Shown here: one piece after another, positions 28,336 to 37,255 of the stretch
Position numbering within the stretch: the stretch's first letter is position 1
How the letters are laid out: each line of letters starts with the position of its first letter
Source of the DNA: Thauera sp.
GTDB lineage: Bacteria > Pseudomonadota > Gammaproteobacteria > Burkholderiales > Rhodocyclaceae
Length of the DNA: 46,082 nucleotides
Assembly (NCBI GenBank): GCA_023150215.1
Contig: JAKLLJ010000001.1
Coordinates: 1-46,082 of the forward strand
Reading direction: 5' to 3'
Made by a program: the position numbers and the translations under genes
Notes under the pieces: generated by a model
The model's database searches: none
Told to the model about the DNA's origin: nothing
What the model saw: only the letters and a program-made list of their open reading frames with translations

Positions 28336-30072
28336 TCACTGCGCTCCGCTTGCCGCAGCTTGCGGCATGCCCTGCACGTGCCGAGCCGCGAGCAGGATGC
28401 CGACGACTTCCTGGCCCTGGAACGAGCGGGTCAGGGGTGAGGCCGTGACGAGCATTCCCGCCTCGTTCATCGCACGTATGGCTGCGGGGGGCGTCAGCTT
28501 GCGCGTGGCCAGCGACGCGAGCGGAATGAACAGACCGTCTTGCGCCGGCAATGCGGCCCACCATCCTTCCTCTGCGCCGCCGAGCGTGGCGACGATGTCC
28601 TGCAGCGCATCGCGGACGGTCAAGGGCAGGCGCAATGGGGCGAGCAGCTTGGGGGATTCGGGGGGCGCGGCCGGTGCGGGGGGATCCGAGGGCGTCGGGT
28701 CGCTGGTTGCTGGGGAGGTGCCCTGGTCGGACGGAGCCGAGAGCGGCACGGCGCTGAGCGGCAGTTGTTCTGGCGGCGGTTCGGCGGCTTGTGTCTCTGC
28801 CGTGTCGGAGGGGGCCGTGCGGATGCGGCGTCGGGCCGCCGTTGGGGAAACCTGCGGGGAGCTTGCGGTCGAGGCGGGCGATGCCGATGGCCCGGCGGGA
28901 GGCGGCGGCGTCAGCAGTGACAGCGACAAGGCCTCGGGCAGCTTGTCCAACTCGGCGTACAGGATGCCGGGTGCGCTGAGTTTGACGGCTTCGAGTGCCG
29001 TCTTGCCGGTCGGCGGATGAATGAGCCAGGTTGCCTTGCCGCCCTCTTGCGCCGAGAGCACCCCGGCGGTCAGCAGCACTTCGAGGATGGTTTCCGGGGC
29101 CTTCGGGATGCCAGGCAACTGGTCGGCCTCCAGGAGCTTGCGGACGTCGTCCGCGGCACTGGGCCAGATGATGAACATCCCGTCGTTGCCGTACCAGACC
29201 CGCGACTTGTCCGCGTTCGGTGTCCAGCTCGCATTGGCCACGACGAGGCGGCGCAGTGCATCGACGAGGTAGCGTTCGAGATGGGAACCGAGCTGAGGCT
29301 TGCCGTAGCGCTGTGCGCTGGCGAGCAGGAAACGGTCGATGACGAGGGCCAGTGCGCGCCGGACAAGCGTCTCCAGGACGTTGTGATCGCGGTAGATCGG
29401 GAGGCCGGCGATTGTGGCGAGCAGGTGCGGCACGATCTGCGTGTTGCCGTTGGCGAGGTCTTGCAGCACGTCGGCGGCGACGACGTGGGGGAGTGCGAAC
29501 AGACCCAGAGGGCGGCTTTCGAGTGCGTTGGGCCGCCATTTGAGGAAATAGCGTGTGACCTGATGGGCCTTGAGCCAGTCGGTCAGAGGGCCGAGGTAGG
29601 GCGACCATTCGTTGCCCGCCTCATCCGTGACAATGAGGTGGCTGAGCGGGCGATGCAGCTCGCAGCACAAGCCGGCGATGAAGGTGGCCTGACGCCAGCG
29701 CGGTTCCAGGTTGCGCCGCTCGGTGATGGTGGCGCGTCCTGAGAAGATGTGGGCATCGGTGCCTTGGAGCGCATAGAACGCGGTTTCCAGACCGATGCGT
29801 AGCAAGCCGCCGGGCTCGTGGAAGTAGTTGTCAGCGGTGCAGGGCAACAGATGAACGAAGGCTGCATAGCGCTGCAACAGCGGCCGTACCGACTGCTCGA
29901 AGCTGGCACGATCCATCCCGAAGCACAGCTTGATTCGGTCGATCAATTCCCGATGCGCGTCGAGCAGCGCATCGACCTCGAACACGGGAATGCCGGGATC
30001 GACGGAGGGGTAGCGGAATTCTGCGAGGCTCGCTCCGTATCCGGAGAGCGGGCTGGTCGAATCGGCGGACAT
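28336..30072 (-). CDS. traI: MobH-family relaxase TraI (catalytic motifs atypical)
   Basis: YAAFVHLLP..., PGGLL..GLE, W.P..GPLTDW, C-terminal WP..A.D and GIP pattern; 1 nt upstream of traD. Confidence 0.82.
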   Translation of the reverse strand: MSADSTSPLSGYGASLAEFRYPSVDPGIPVFEVDALLDAHRELIDRIKLCFGMDRASFEQSVRPLLQRYAAFVHLLPCTADNYFHEPGGLLRIGLETAFYALQGTDAHIFSGRATITERRNLEPRWRQATFIAGLCCELHRPLSHLIVTDEAGNEWSPYLGPLTDWLKAHQVTRYFLKWRPNALESRPLGLFALPHVVAADVLQDLANGNTQIVPHLLATIAGLPIYRDHNVLETLVRRALALVIDRFLLASAQRYGKPQLGSHLERYLVDALRRLVVANASWTPNADKSRVWYGNDGMFIIWPSAADDVRKLLEADQLPGIPKAPETILEVLLTAGVLSAQEGGKATWLIHPPTGKTALEAVKLSAPGILYAELDKLPEALSLSLLTPPPPAGPSASPASTASSPQVSPTAARRRIRTAPSDTAETQAAEPPPEQLPLSAVPLSAPSDQGTSPATSDPTPSDPPAPAAPPESPKLLAPLRLPLTVRDALQDIVATLGGAEEGWWAALPAQDGLFIPLASLATRKLTPPAAIRAMNEAGMLVTASPLTRSFQGQEVVGILLAARHVQGMPQAAASGAQ

Positions 30073-30152
30073 CGGGTTGGGCTCGAACGCGACATGGGAT
30101 GGCCCATCGTGCGGCGCGCGGCCTCAACTGCCCACTGGGAAATGACGCCAGA

Positions 30153-30800
30153 TCAGGCCGAATTCGCGTTTGGCTGCTCGCCGCGGGGCTCGAACCAGAG
30201 CGAGCGGATCCACAGCATCTGAGCGACGCGTGGCGTGGGCCGCACGGGATAGCTCGCCTGGATGCGCGGATCCTTTGTGTAGCGCTTGAGCAGCTTGCAG
30301 AAGGGGCATTCGTGGTTGCTCATCGGAGCGAGGCTGAGGCTGGTCAGGTATTCGCTTTGGCATTCGGGGCAGGTGAACACCGAGAAGCTGCGGCCCGTGA
30401 CGAACCAGCGGCCCGTGGTGTGGGCGACGAGATCGAAGGCGCGATCGAAGGTGATGCGCGGCGCCGTCTTGCAAGCGGCGGCATAGTGGCGGTAGGCGCC
30501 GATGAGGGCGTTGGGGGGATCGATGCCGCGTGCGGCCAGGCGCCTGAAGAGCACCACGACGATGGAGGCTTCGGTGCGGCACAGAAGATTGGCGGTGTGG
30601 TACCACTCGCGAGAGTCCGGGTGGCGCCCGCGGCGGGGGCCGCTCAAGGGGTGGCGGAAGAGGTGCTGCAACTGGCTGGGCGAGAGGCCCGTCAGCAACT
30701 GCATGGTGCGGATCCGGGCGCCGAGTTCTGCGCATTCGGTTGCCAGAGCGAGCGCGCGAATGTGCCGCTGTGCGTGGAGCAGATTGCGCTCGTGGTTCAT
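30153..30800 (-). CDS. FlhC-like activator subunit (SetC/AcaC-type)
   Basis: ELGARIR, RGRHPDSREWY, ITFDRAFDL, Zn-ribbon CPEC...CPFC. Confidence 0.88.
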   Translation of the reverse strand: MNHERNLLHAQRHIRALALATECAELGARIRTMQLLTGLSPSQLQHLFRHPLSGPRRGRHPDSREWYHTANLLCRTEASIVVVLFRRLAARGIDPPNALIGAYRHYAAACKTAPRITFDRAFDLVAHTTGRWFVTGRSFSVFTCPECQSEYLTSLSLAPMSNHECPFCKLLKRYTKDPRIQASYPVRPTPRVAQMLWIRSLWFEPRGEQPNANSA

Positions 30801-31174
30801 TCGGACAACGGCTCGCCACAGGGATGGAGCGAAGCAGGCGACATGGGCGACATGGCCTCACTCGGGCGCACCGGGCGGCTCGGTTGGGGCGGGTGTGCCA
30901 ATAGCATCGCGTTGGCCAGCTGCGGCGGCCAGGAGAGCACCTGAATCAGGTCGGTGCGTGGCGGGAACAGGCACTCGTCACCCAAATGGGCCACGAGCAC
31001 CAGGATCTCCTGGTAAGCCAGCGTGGCGAGGAACTCAGCCTGGTCTGCGTCGAGTCCGAATCGGCTGCAAGCGATCGCGTGATCGCGCTTCACGCATTCG
31101 GCGATCAAGAGGAGCATGTTCAAATTCGCGATCTGAACATGCGAGAGTTCGAGTCGACCCATCGCATTCTCCAC
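30797..31174 (-). CDS. FlhD-like activator subunit (SetD/AcaD-type)
   Basis: NLNMLLLI...D...ACSRFGLD..QAEFL, LFPPR; 4-nt overlap with the flhC-like gene; start 31174 or 31162. Confidence 0.82.
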   Translation of the reverse strand: MENAMGRLELSHVQIANLNMLLLIAECVKRDHAIACSRFGLDADQAEFLATLAYQEILVLVAHLGDECLFPPRTDLIQVLSWPPQLANAMLLAHPPQPSRPVRPSEAMSPMSPASLHPCGEPLSE

Positions 31175-31702
31175 GCAGTCTTTGAAAAGACACGCAGTCG
31201 AATGCCAATTTCATCGTCAGGTGGATGACCCGCCAAGCGAATGCGTCGTTGGAGTCCAGACTATTCGGCGGGTATACAGACGGTCAACGGCCGCCCGTTG
31301 GCAGCGATCCGCAAAACACGTTGCAGCCGGGGCTTGCGTATAGACACCGGCTTCTCATCGCGAAATTGAAACCGAAACGAAAATGCTTGGTTTGAATTTC
31401 CGGAACTGGCAGTAAAGAAGCATGATCGAATTGCCGGCATTTTCAAATGAGGGGAATCAATTGAATGTCTGGTATGAGAGACACTCCGCCCAAGTTGAAA
31501 GGTCTCGGTGGCGGCGTGTGGAGTAGCTGCACGGGTTTTTGGTCAATACAAAGACCAGGTAGCAGCCTGTAGGATCCAGGGCGATCATGGCTGATCGGAT
31601 CGAGATCGAGGAAAGATTGCGCCATCGCCATGTCTACGCGTAGATGCGGGCCTCGTCGGGGTAGTGTCGTATTCCCATGTTTTTTGCTCCTGGAATGCTT
31701 AG

Positions 31703-31739
31703 GCAGGGCGTGAGAGAGGTCATTCCTCCCACGCCCTGC
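31703..31739 (-). terminator. Hairpin downstream of the DUF932 gene (possible terminator)
   Basis: GCAGGGCGTG/CACGCCCTGC 10-bp stem; no clear U-tract. Confidence 0.5.
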
Positions 31740-31752
31740 ACCGTCTATCGGA

Positions 31753-32814
31753 TCAAGCCGCTTCAGCCAGATCTTTCCATTCGCGGCCGGACAGTTCGAT
31801 GAGCTTGCCGCCCAGCGCCTCGAATTCCGTGGCCCGGTCGTAGTCCTCGACGTCCTGGCTGTATCGCGTCACCGCATTGACCAGGCCGTAGCCGGACAGA
31901 TCGCCGCCTCGGATGAGGTGGTTGAGTACACCGTCGCCTTCCTCCTCGCTCAGCGTGTAGCGCTGGCGCAGCACCTCGACCGTCTTCACGGGGCTGGCCT
32001 TGAGCTCGATGCCCATCGTCTTCTGCATTTTCATCGCGATCTGCCTGAAGGTGTCTTCGGACAGCGCGGAGCGGACGACGTCGCGGACCTGCAGGAAGAA
32101 GGCCTTGTCGTCGGCCTGGCGCGTGTCCTCCTGGAAGATCGTCACGCCGTCGTCGTTGCCCAGGGCTCGACCAAGGTGGGTTTTGCGGATCGACTGATCC
32201 GCGGCGATCATGCCGTTGCTGCACACCAGCCGGTAGACCAGGGGCTGCACGGCCAGCGTGCCGAGGCCGACTTCGGAGTTGGTGACCACGATGCCGGCCT
32301 GCACCACGTCGCCCACCCGCATCTCGTATTGCAAACGGGGCAGGACGAACTTGATGTACATCCGCGTCTCGGTCAGTTCGACCGATTCGAAGGTGCCGTC
32401 CTGGAACTGACCCAGGATGGGTAGGACGCTTTGGGCGAGGTCGACGTTGTCGAGGCAGCGGTAGCGGTTCGACAGCACGGCACGAACCCGGCCGTCGAGC
32501 GTACGCAGCATGGGGCGAGCTTCTTCTTGCTGCAGCCACGTGTTGACGTTGCGGTCGAGCAGTTCCGGTTGCTCCGTGCGCATTCGCTCGAAGTACGCGA
32601 GCGGAATCTTCAGCTTGTCGGCGAGTTGCCGGCGGGCCAGCGGCGTGACTTCGAAGGGACGCGGCGTTTCGGGCGCATCGATCTCCAGCACGGTGTCGCC
32701 GTCTTCGCGCGTCGTGTGGTGCACGAGCGGGGAGGGGACCACATAGTCCTTCTTGCCGGCGAGCTGACGATCCAGTTCCTGGGCAAGCGCGGTGAGGGTA
32801 CGTCCACTTTTCAT
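31753..32814 (-). CDS. DUF932-family protein
   Basis: RAVLSNRY, NSEVGLG, YRLVCSNGM, YGLVNAVT; GGAG RBS before MKSGRT. Confidence 0.8.
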   Translation of the reverse strand: MKSGRTLTALAQELDRQLAGKKDYVVPSPLVHHTTREDGDTVLEIDAPETPRPFEVTPLARRQLADKLKIPLAYFERMRTEQPELLDRNVNTWLQQEEARPMLRTLDGRVRAVLSNRYRCLDNVDLAQSVLPILGQFQDGTFESVELTETRMYIKFVLPRLQYEMRVGDVVQAGIVVTNSEVGLGTLAVQPLVYRLVCSNGMIAADQSIRKTHLGRALGNDDGVTIFQEDTRQADDKAFFLQVRDVVRSALSEDTFRQIAMKMQKTMGIELKASPVKTVEVLRQRYTLSEEEGDGVLNHLIRGGDLSGYGLVNAVTRYSQDVEDYDRATEFEALGGKLIELSGREWKDLAEAA

Positions 32815-33083
32815 GGAAATCTCCAAATGAAAGGCGGGGACGGCCGACCCCGGGCGGGGAGCGCGTCCCCGCTGGGGTTGATGAAGGCCGGCCGGATGGC
32901 TGGCCCGATGACGGCGCGAACAGGTCGCGCATGGGCTTCAAGGCTGCCTTCGTCACGCCAGGGGCGTGGCTGGTATGGCAACTACCGTGGGAGCAGGGCT
33001 CCCGGGGAAAAACCTTTTCGCTGGCATCCAGGCGAATGCCACTGAAAAGGCGGGTGCAGCGCGTGGCTGCACCCTCAATGCCG

Positions 33084-34157
33084 TTATGCGGCTTGCCGGA
33101 GCTTGGCTTTCACCCGCACGGCAGGCCGTGGCGGGGACTCCCGCGCTGGGGCTTGCTGCAACCGGGCTTGCCAGCGGCGAAACCAGATGTCGGACCAGTC
33201 GGCGTCGGGGCACTTCGGGATGAACACCTGGACTTCACGCCGGACACCTTCTTTTTGCTCTCGTCTGGCGCGCCGCGCGAGTGAAAAAGCGAAGTGTTGA
33301 CCCGTGAAATCGCCATCAGCATCGTTGTCGCCGTAGATCCAGAGCTTGGTCACGCTGTCGGGAATCACGAGTTGCTCGAAATTGCCCGCGCCGAGCAGCG
33401 CCCAGGTGGGTTTGCTCGTTGCAAGGTGCAACGCCAGCCCCTTCTCGATGCCCTCGGTGACCACCAACTCGTCGGTCGCTTCGAACAGCTTGACAGGCAA
33501 GCCAGCGATACCGGAGCCGAGCACCTTCTTGGTGTCGTCGGTGCCGAGTTTGCGGCCGTTCGGCAGGTAGATTCGATTCACTGCTCGGATCTCTCCATCG
33601 GGACCATCGACCCGCGCCACCATCGCGGCATATTCGGCGACCTTGCGCGACTTGCCGTGTTCGTCCTTGCGGTAGTAGGCAAGCTTCGGGTGGAAGCGCA
33701 GCACCGAGGGGTATTCGGGGAAGGACAATCCGCGCGACGTCAGGTAGCGGTCGACCTCATCGCCGTTGCTGATGGGCTGCGACTCATTCCATATCTGCCG
33801 CACGAGCTTTCGCATGTACTCATCGGACGGCTCGCTGCTGCGAGGTGCCTGAGGCCTTGGATTCAGGCCGAGGTATCGCTCCACCGCGGCCAGGACGTCA
33901 TGAAAGTTCATGCCGGTCACCTGTTGCGCAAGCTGGAAACCGCCGCCGGCGCCGCAGCTTCGGCAGTGATAGTTGCCTTCGCGGAACTTGTCTGTGAATT
34001 GGAAGCGATCCTCGCCGCCGCAGAAAGGGCAGGGCATGTTGGCGCGCTTCTTGATCATCTGGGGTTCCAGTCCCAGGTGCAGCAGGATCTCCGGCCAGCG
34101 GCCATGGGCACGGGCCTTCGCGTCGTCGATGCGACGCTGATACTCTTCGTTGGTCAT
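33084..34157 (-). CDS. Zinc-binding plus TOPRIM primase-like protein (P4-alpha-like N-terminus)
   Basis: CPFCGGEDRF...CRSCGAG, YLTSRGL, LRFHP, TEGIE, GDND. Confidence 0.87.
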   Translation of the reverse strand: MTNEEYQRRIDDAKARAHGRWPEILLHLGLEPQMIKKRANMPCPFCGGEDRFQFTDKFREGNYHCRSCGAGGGFQLAQQVTGMNFHDVLAAVERYLGLNPRPQAPRSSEPSDEYMRKLVRQIWNESQPISNGDEVDRYLTSRGLSFPEYPSVLRFHPKLAYYRKDEHGKSRKVAEYAAMVARVDGPDGEIRAVNRIYLPNGRKLGTDDTKKVLGSGIAGLPVKLFEATDELVVTEGIEKGLALHLATSKPTWALLGAGNFEQLVIPDSVTKLWIYGDNDADGDFTGQHFAFSLARRARREQKEGVRREVQVFIPKCPDADWSDIWFRRWQARLQQAPARESPPRPAVRVKAKLRQAA

Positions 34158-34332
34158 GGCGATCTCCATGAAGAAACGCCCAGGCGCAAGGTCGGATCGC
34201 GAAGGCGACCGGACTCGGATGCGGGACTGGGCAAGACGCACGTCAGCGCCTTGGAGGGCGGACGTGCGGGCTGGGTACGTGGCCGAATGGCCAGCGTTGA
34301 AGGCAGGGGAGGTGCATCTGCACGCTCCCCTG

Positions 34333-34378
34333 AAAAATCAGCGCCACGGGCAGGGGTGAATCACCCCCGCCGCAACGC
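34333..34378 (-). terminator. Probable intrinsic terminator after the GHKL ATPase gene
   Basis: GGGGTGA/TCACCCC core stem with imperfect extension, followed by T5 on the minus strand. Confidence 0.5.
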
Positions 34379-34383
34379 CCGAT

Positions 34384-35985
34384 TCACGCGATCAGTTCGA
34401 CCGCGTGCTCATCTGCGTCCTGCTCGATGCGGACCTGGAAGGTCTGACCGTGCAGGCACGGATAGCGGTTCGACTGCAGATCTTTGAGCAGCGAGCGCAT
34501 CGCCTCGACCGGATTGGTCATGCGCAGGCGACGGATCAGATGTTCGAGCGCATCCATGTCGGCATTCATGTCCGATTCGTAGGATCTGTCGTTGCCGTCG
34601 ACATAGGACGCGCACTGTCGGACCACGAGGCCGGAGTGCTCGCCATTCGGGATGTAGAAACGGCCATCGTGGTACAGCCCTTCGTCGGTCAGGGTGACCG
34701 AATCTTCGCCGATGCGCACGGAAACCTCATCGCACAGGATGACCTCGGCGGAGATCCACTCGGTCTCGATGGAGGTGTCGACGCGCCGATTGGTCGCCGT
34801 CACCTCGACCGTTTGCTCGTTCAAGTCAACGAGGTAGGGGTGAATCCAGTGTCCGTCGTCCAACTGGCTGCTGCCCAGCACGACATAGCCATTGGCCCGT
34901 GCCAGCATCCATTTCGCGCTGTTCGTGCCGTCCATCCAGTCGAGCTTGACCAGCTTCACCTGTCCTTGCTCGATCTGAGCGCGGCGTAGGTGGGCAGGCG
35001 GTTGCCCCAGGTAGCAGCCATAAGGCGAGTTCGACTGCATGGGGTAGCCCTCGATGCGTTCGCAGACCTGGCGCGGTAGTACCGAGGCATCGTTGAGCAG
35101 ATCCAGGTGCCGGTGAAACCGCATGACGTCAAAGAAGTCCTCGACGAACTCCGCGGATGCCAGCTGCGCCTTGCGATGCAGGAGGGCGTCGCGCCACGCC
35201 ATCCGGACTTGTTCCCGGATCTTCACCTCCTGGACGTCCGCGTCGATCAGCGTATCCCGGTCGGGCAGACGAGCCAGAAACTCCTGCGAATTCAGATGAA
35301 CCACGTTCGGCGCTTCGTCGTAGTGGACGTAGTTGGGCAGCGTCATCACGCGAAAGCCCTGCAGATAGGCCACGATGCCCGTGGCGTGCCGACCGCTGTG
35401 TGTGCCGATCAGGTGGATGTCTCCGATCGGTGTCGCCAGCGGGCGCAACTCGGTCAGCGCATGCATGCGGGGAATCGGCCTGCCGTTGAACTCGATGGGC
35501 ACGGCGAATCCCTTGCACAGCTCCTCGATGCGGGACGCCAGGTCCGGCAAGTCCACGCCGTGGAGTTCGATGCGCGTCCCTGCGATCCGATTGTCGCCGA
35601 CTGCTTCCACCGCGATCGGCGCTTTCGACAAGGCGCTCTCGGTTTCGAAGTCGATGCGCTTGCCGCGCGAAGTGACGATGCAGCGCGCCGATGCGTACAG
35701 GCAACGCGAGAAGCCCGCGCCGAAGGGATGTTCCTCGGCCTGCACGGCTTCATTCCAACCCGATTCGTTGAACGTCAGCAACTTGCTGAAGTCATCGATG
35801 CCGTGGCCGTCGTCGATGACCCGAAGGGTCTGGGAGGCGGGATCGTGGCTGACCTCGATCAGCGTCGCGCCAGCGCGGCGCCCGTTCTGAAGCAACTCGG
35901 TGATCAGCGTGAACCGGTCACTGAACGCGTAGCGCTGGTTGCGCAGCGTTCCTTCTTCGTTGATGCGGACATGGACGTGTTCCAT
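34384..35985 (-). CDS. GHKL (HATPase_c) ATP-binding protein with unknown C-terminal region
   Basis: ELLQNGRRAG, DDGHG, PFGAGF, GTRI motifs; AGGAG RBS before MEHVH. Confidence 0.82.
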   Translation of the reverse strand: MEHVHVRINEEGTLRNQRYAFSDRFTLITELLQNGRRAGATLIEVSHDPASQTLRVIDDGHGIDDFSKLLTFNESGWNEAVQAEEHPFGAGFSRCLYASARCIVTSRGKRIDFETESALSKAPIAVEAVGDNRIAGTRIELHGVDLPDLASRIEELCKGFAVPIEFNGRPIPRMHALTELRPLATPIGDIHLIGTHSGRHATGIVAYLQGFRVMTLPNYVHYDEAPNVVHLNSQEFLARLPDRDTLIDADVQEVKIREQVRMAWRDALLHRKAQLASAEFVEDFFDVMRFHRHLDLLNDASVLPRQVCERIEGYPMQSNSPYGCYLGQPPAHLRRAQIEQGQVKLVKLDWMDGTNSAKWMLARANGYVVLGSSQLDDGHWIHPYLVDLNEQTVEVTATNRRVDTSIETEWISAEVILCDEVSVRIGEDSVTLTDEGLYHDGRFYIPNGEHSGLVVRQCASYVDGNDRSYESDMNADMDALEHLIRRLRMTNPVEAMRSLLKDLQSNRYPCLHGQTFQVRIEQDADEHAVELIA

Positions 35986-36060
35986 GGCTTGCTCCTGTGA
36001 GTGCAAGCGGATCCGCTCCCCTCGCGGGAGCAGGCCCGCCAAGGGTTGAATGAAGAATGG

Positions 36061-36384
36061 TCAGTGCTTGGTGTGCACCGGTGCCGTGTAGAGCTGACCG
36101 GCCATCAGGGCCTCGACGACGCTGTGTGTCGCAAAGTCACCTGGCAGCAGATGCTGGGTATCGAGAACCGCGCCGTCGGCATCCAGTCGTTCGACTTCGA
36201 TGATCGCGGGGTGCCAGCGCACCCGGTACGCCAAGTGGTCGGCGCCGGAGATCACGAAGACGCGGCCGGCGTTGCCGGTGAGGACTTCGCTTTCCTTGAC
36301 GAGGAACTCGATCTCGGTCAGACCACGCACGCGCTGCAGCGAGCTGAAGGTGGCGTGGTTCTGGCGGTGAATGTGCAATTGCAT
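36061..36384 (-). CDS. Hypothetical protein
   Basis: AGGAGAGG RBS; coding-like codon usage. Confidence 0.75.
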   Translation of the reverse strand: MQLHIHRQNHATFSSLQRVRGLTEIEFLVKESEVLTGNAGRVFVISGADHLAYRVRWHPAIIEVERLDADGAVLDTQHLLPGDFATHSVVEALMAGQLYTAPVHTKH

Positions 36385-36395
36385 GATTGCCTCTC

Positions 36396-36632
36396 CTAAA
36401 AAGATGTCATCTCGCAGCCGAGATCCGGGGCTGTTGCTGCCAGCGCGTTGCGGTCTGCCGGCGGCGCGTCCGTGCGCGTCGGGTGGACGTCATGGACGCA
36501 GGCCAGCCGTTCGACGCTTCTGCTGCGCATGTACTCTTCGTGACGCAAGGCGTCGTCGTAGTCCATGCGGCCGGCGATGCCGTAGCAGGCCAGGATGGCC
36601 AGCAGTGCACGGATGTCTTTCAACGTCGTCAT
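36396..36632 (-). CDS. Small hypothetical protein (YGIAGRMDYDD)
   Basis: AAGGAG RBS before MTTLKD; short hydrophobic stretch. Confidence 0.65.
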   Translation of the reverse strand: MTTLKDIRALLAILACYGIAGRMDYDDALRHEEYMRSRSVERLACVHDVHPTRTDAPPADRNALAATAPDLGCEMTSF

Positions 36633-36697
36633 GACGTCTCCTTCGATACGAAATGAGGGCCGCAAAGGCCCTCGAAGAAGGGTTGCAAGGGTCGCTT

Positions 36698-37255
36698 TCA
36701 CACGAAGAGGTCGCCTTGCACGGTCTTGCGTTTGATCTGCTCGTTGAGCCACTGCGGGTTCTTGCTCAGCCGCGTGGAGGCCCACTGCAGGTTGTGCGAG
36801 AGGGCTTCGCTGACCCAAGGTGGGAAGCGGTTCAGCGATTCGCGCATCCAGCGCCGGACGTTGAACAGCAGCAGGTCGCGGAAGGCTTCCAGATCGACCA
36901 GGCCGCAGTAGGCGTAGGTCGACAGCGGACTGCAGCCGACGACGCGTACGCAACTGGCAAAGGAAAAAGGCTTGTCGTCCTTGTCCGGATCGGTGAAGAC
37001 CCAGCGCAGGGTGTCGAGCTTTTCTTCGAGCGGCGTGGCGGGGTCTGCCAATCCGTTCAACTCGTCGAGCAGCAGGCAATGGAGAAAGACGACGTCTTCT
37101 TCCGTCCACTCGATGGGCTCGTCGCCGCTGGTATCGAGTTGGTGTTCCACCGCCTGTGGGTTGTTCGCTGCGTACGCCACATAGGGAAAATGGCGGGGCG
37201 GCAGCGGTGTGTCGCCGGTGCGGACAGTGACCGGCTGAAGGTTTGTGCGCGGCAT
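36698..37255 (-). CDS. Hypothetical protein
   Basis: AGGAGG RBS before MPRTNL; EEKLDTLRWVF...PFSFASC. Confidence 0.75.
   Translation of the reverse strand: MPRTNLQPVTVRTGDTPLPPRHFPYVAYAANNPQAVEHQLDTSGDEPIEWTEEDVVFLHCLLLDELNGLADPATPLEEKLDTLRWVFTDPDKDDKPFSFASCVRVVGCSPLSTYAYCGLVDLEAFRDLLLFNVRRWMRESLNRFPPWVSEALSHNLQWASTRLSKNPQWLNEQIKRKTVQGDLFV

Noticed and set aside
30153-31174. Flagellar master regulator flhDC
   Set aside because: No flagellar genes; context beside traI indicates SetCD/AcaCD-type conjugation activators.
31261-31631. Two ORFs of about 60 aa upstream of the flhD-like gene
   Set aside because: No RBS, non-coding-like composition, no HTH; treated as regulatory DNA.
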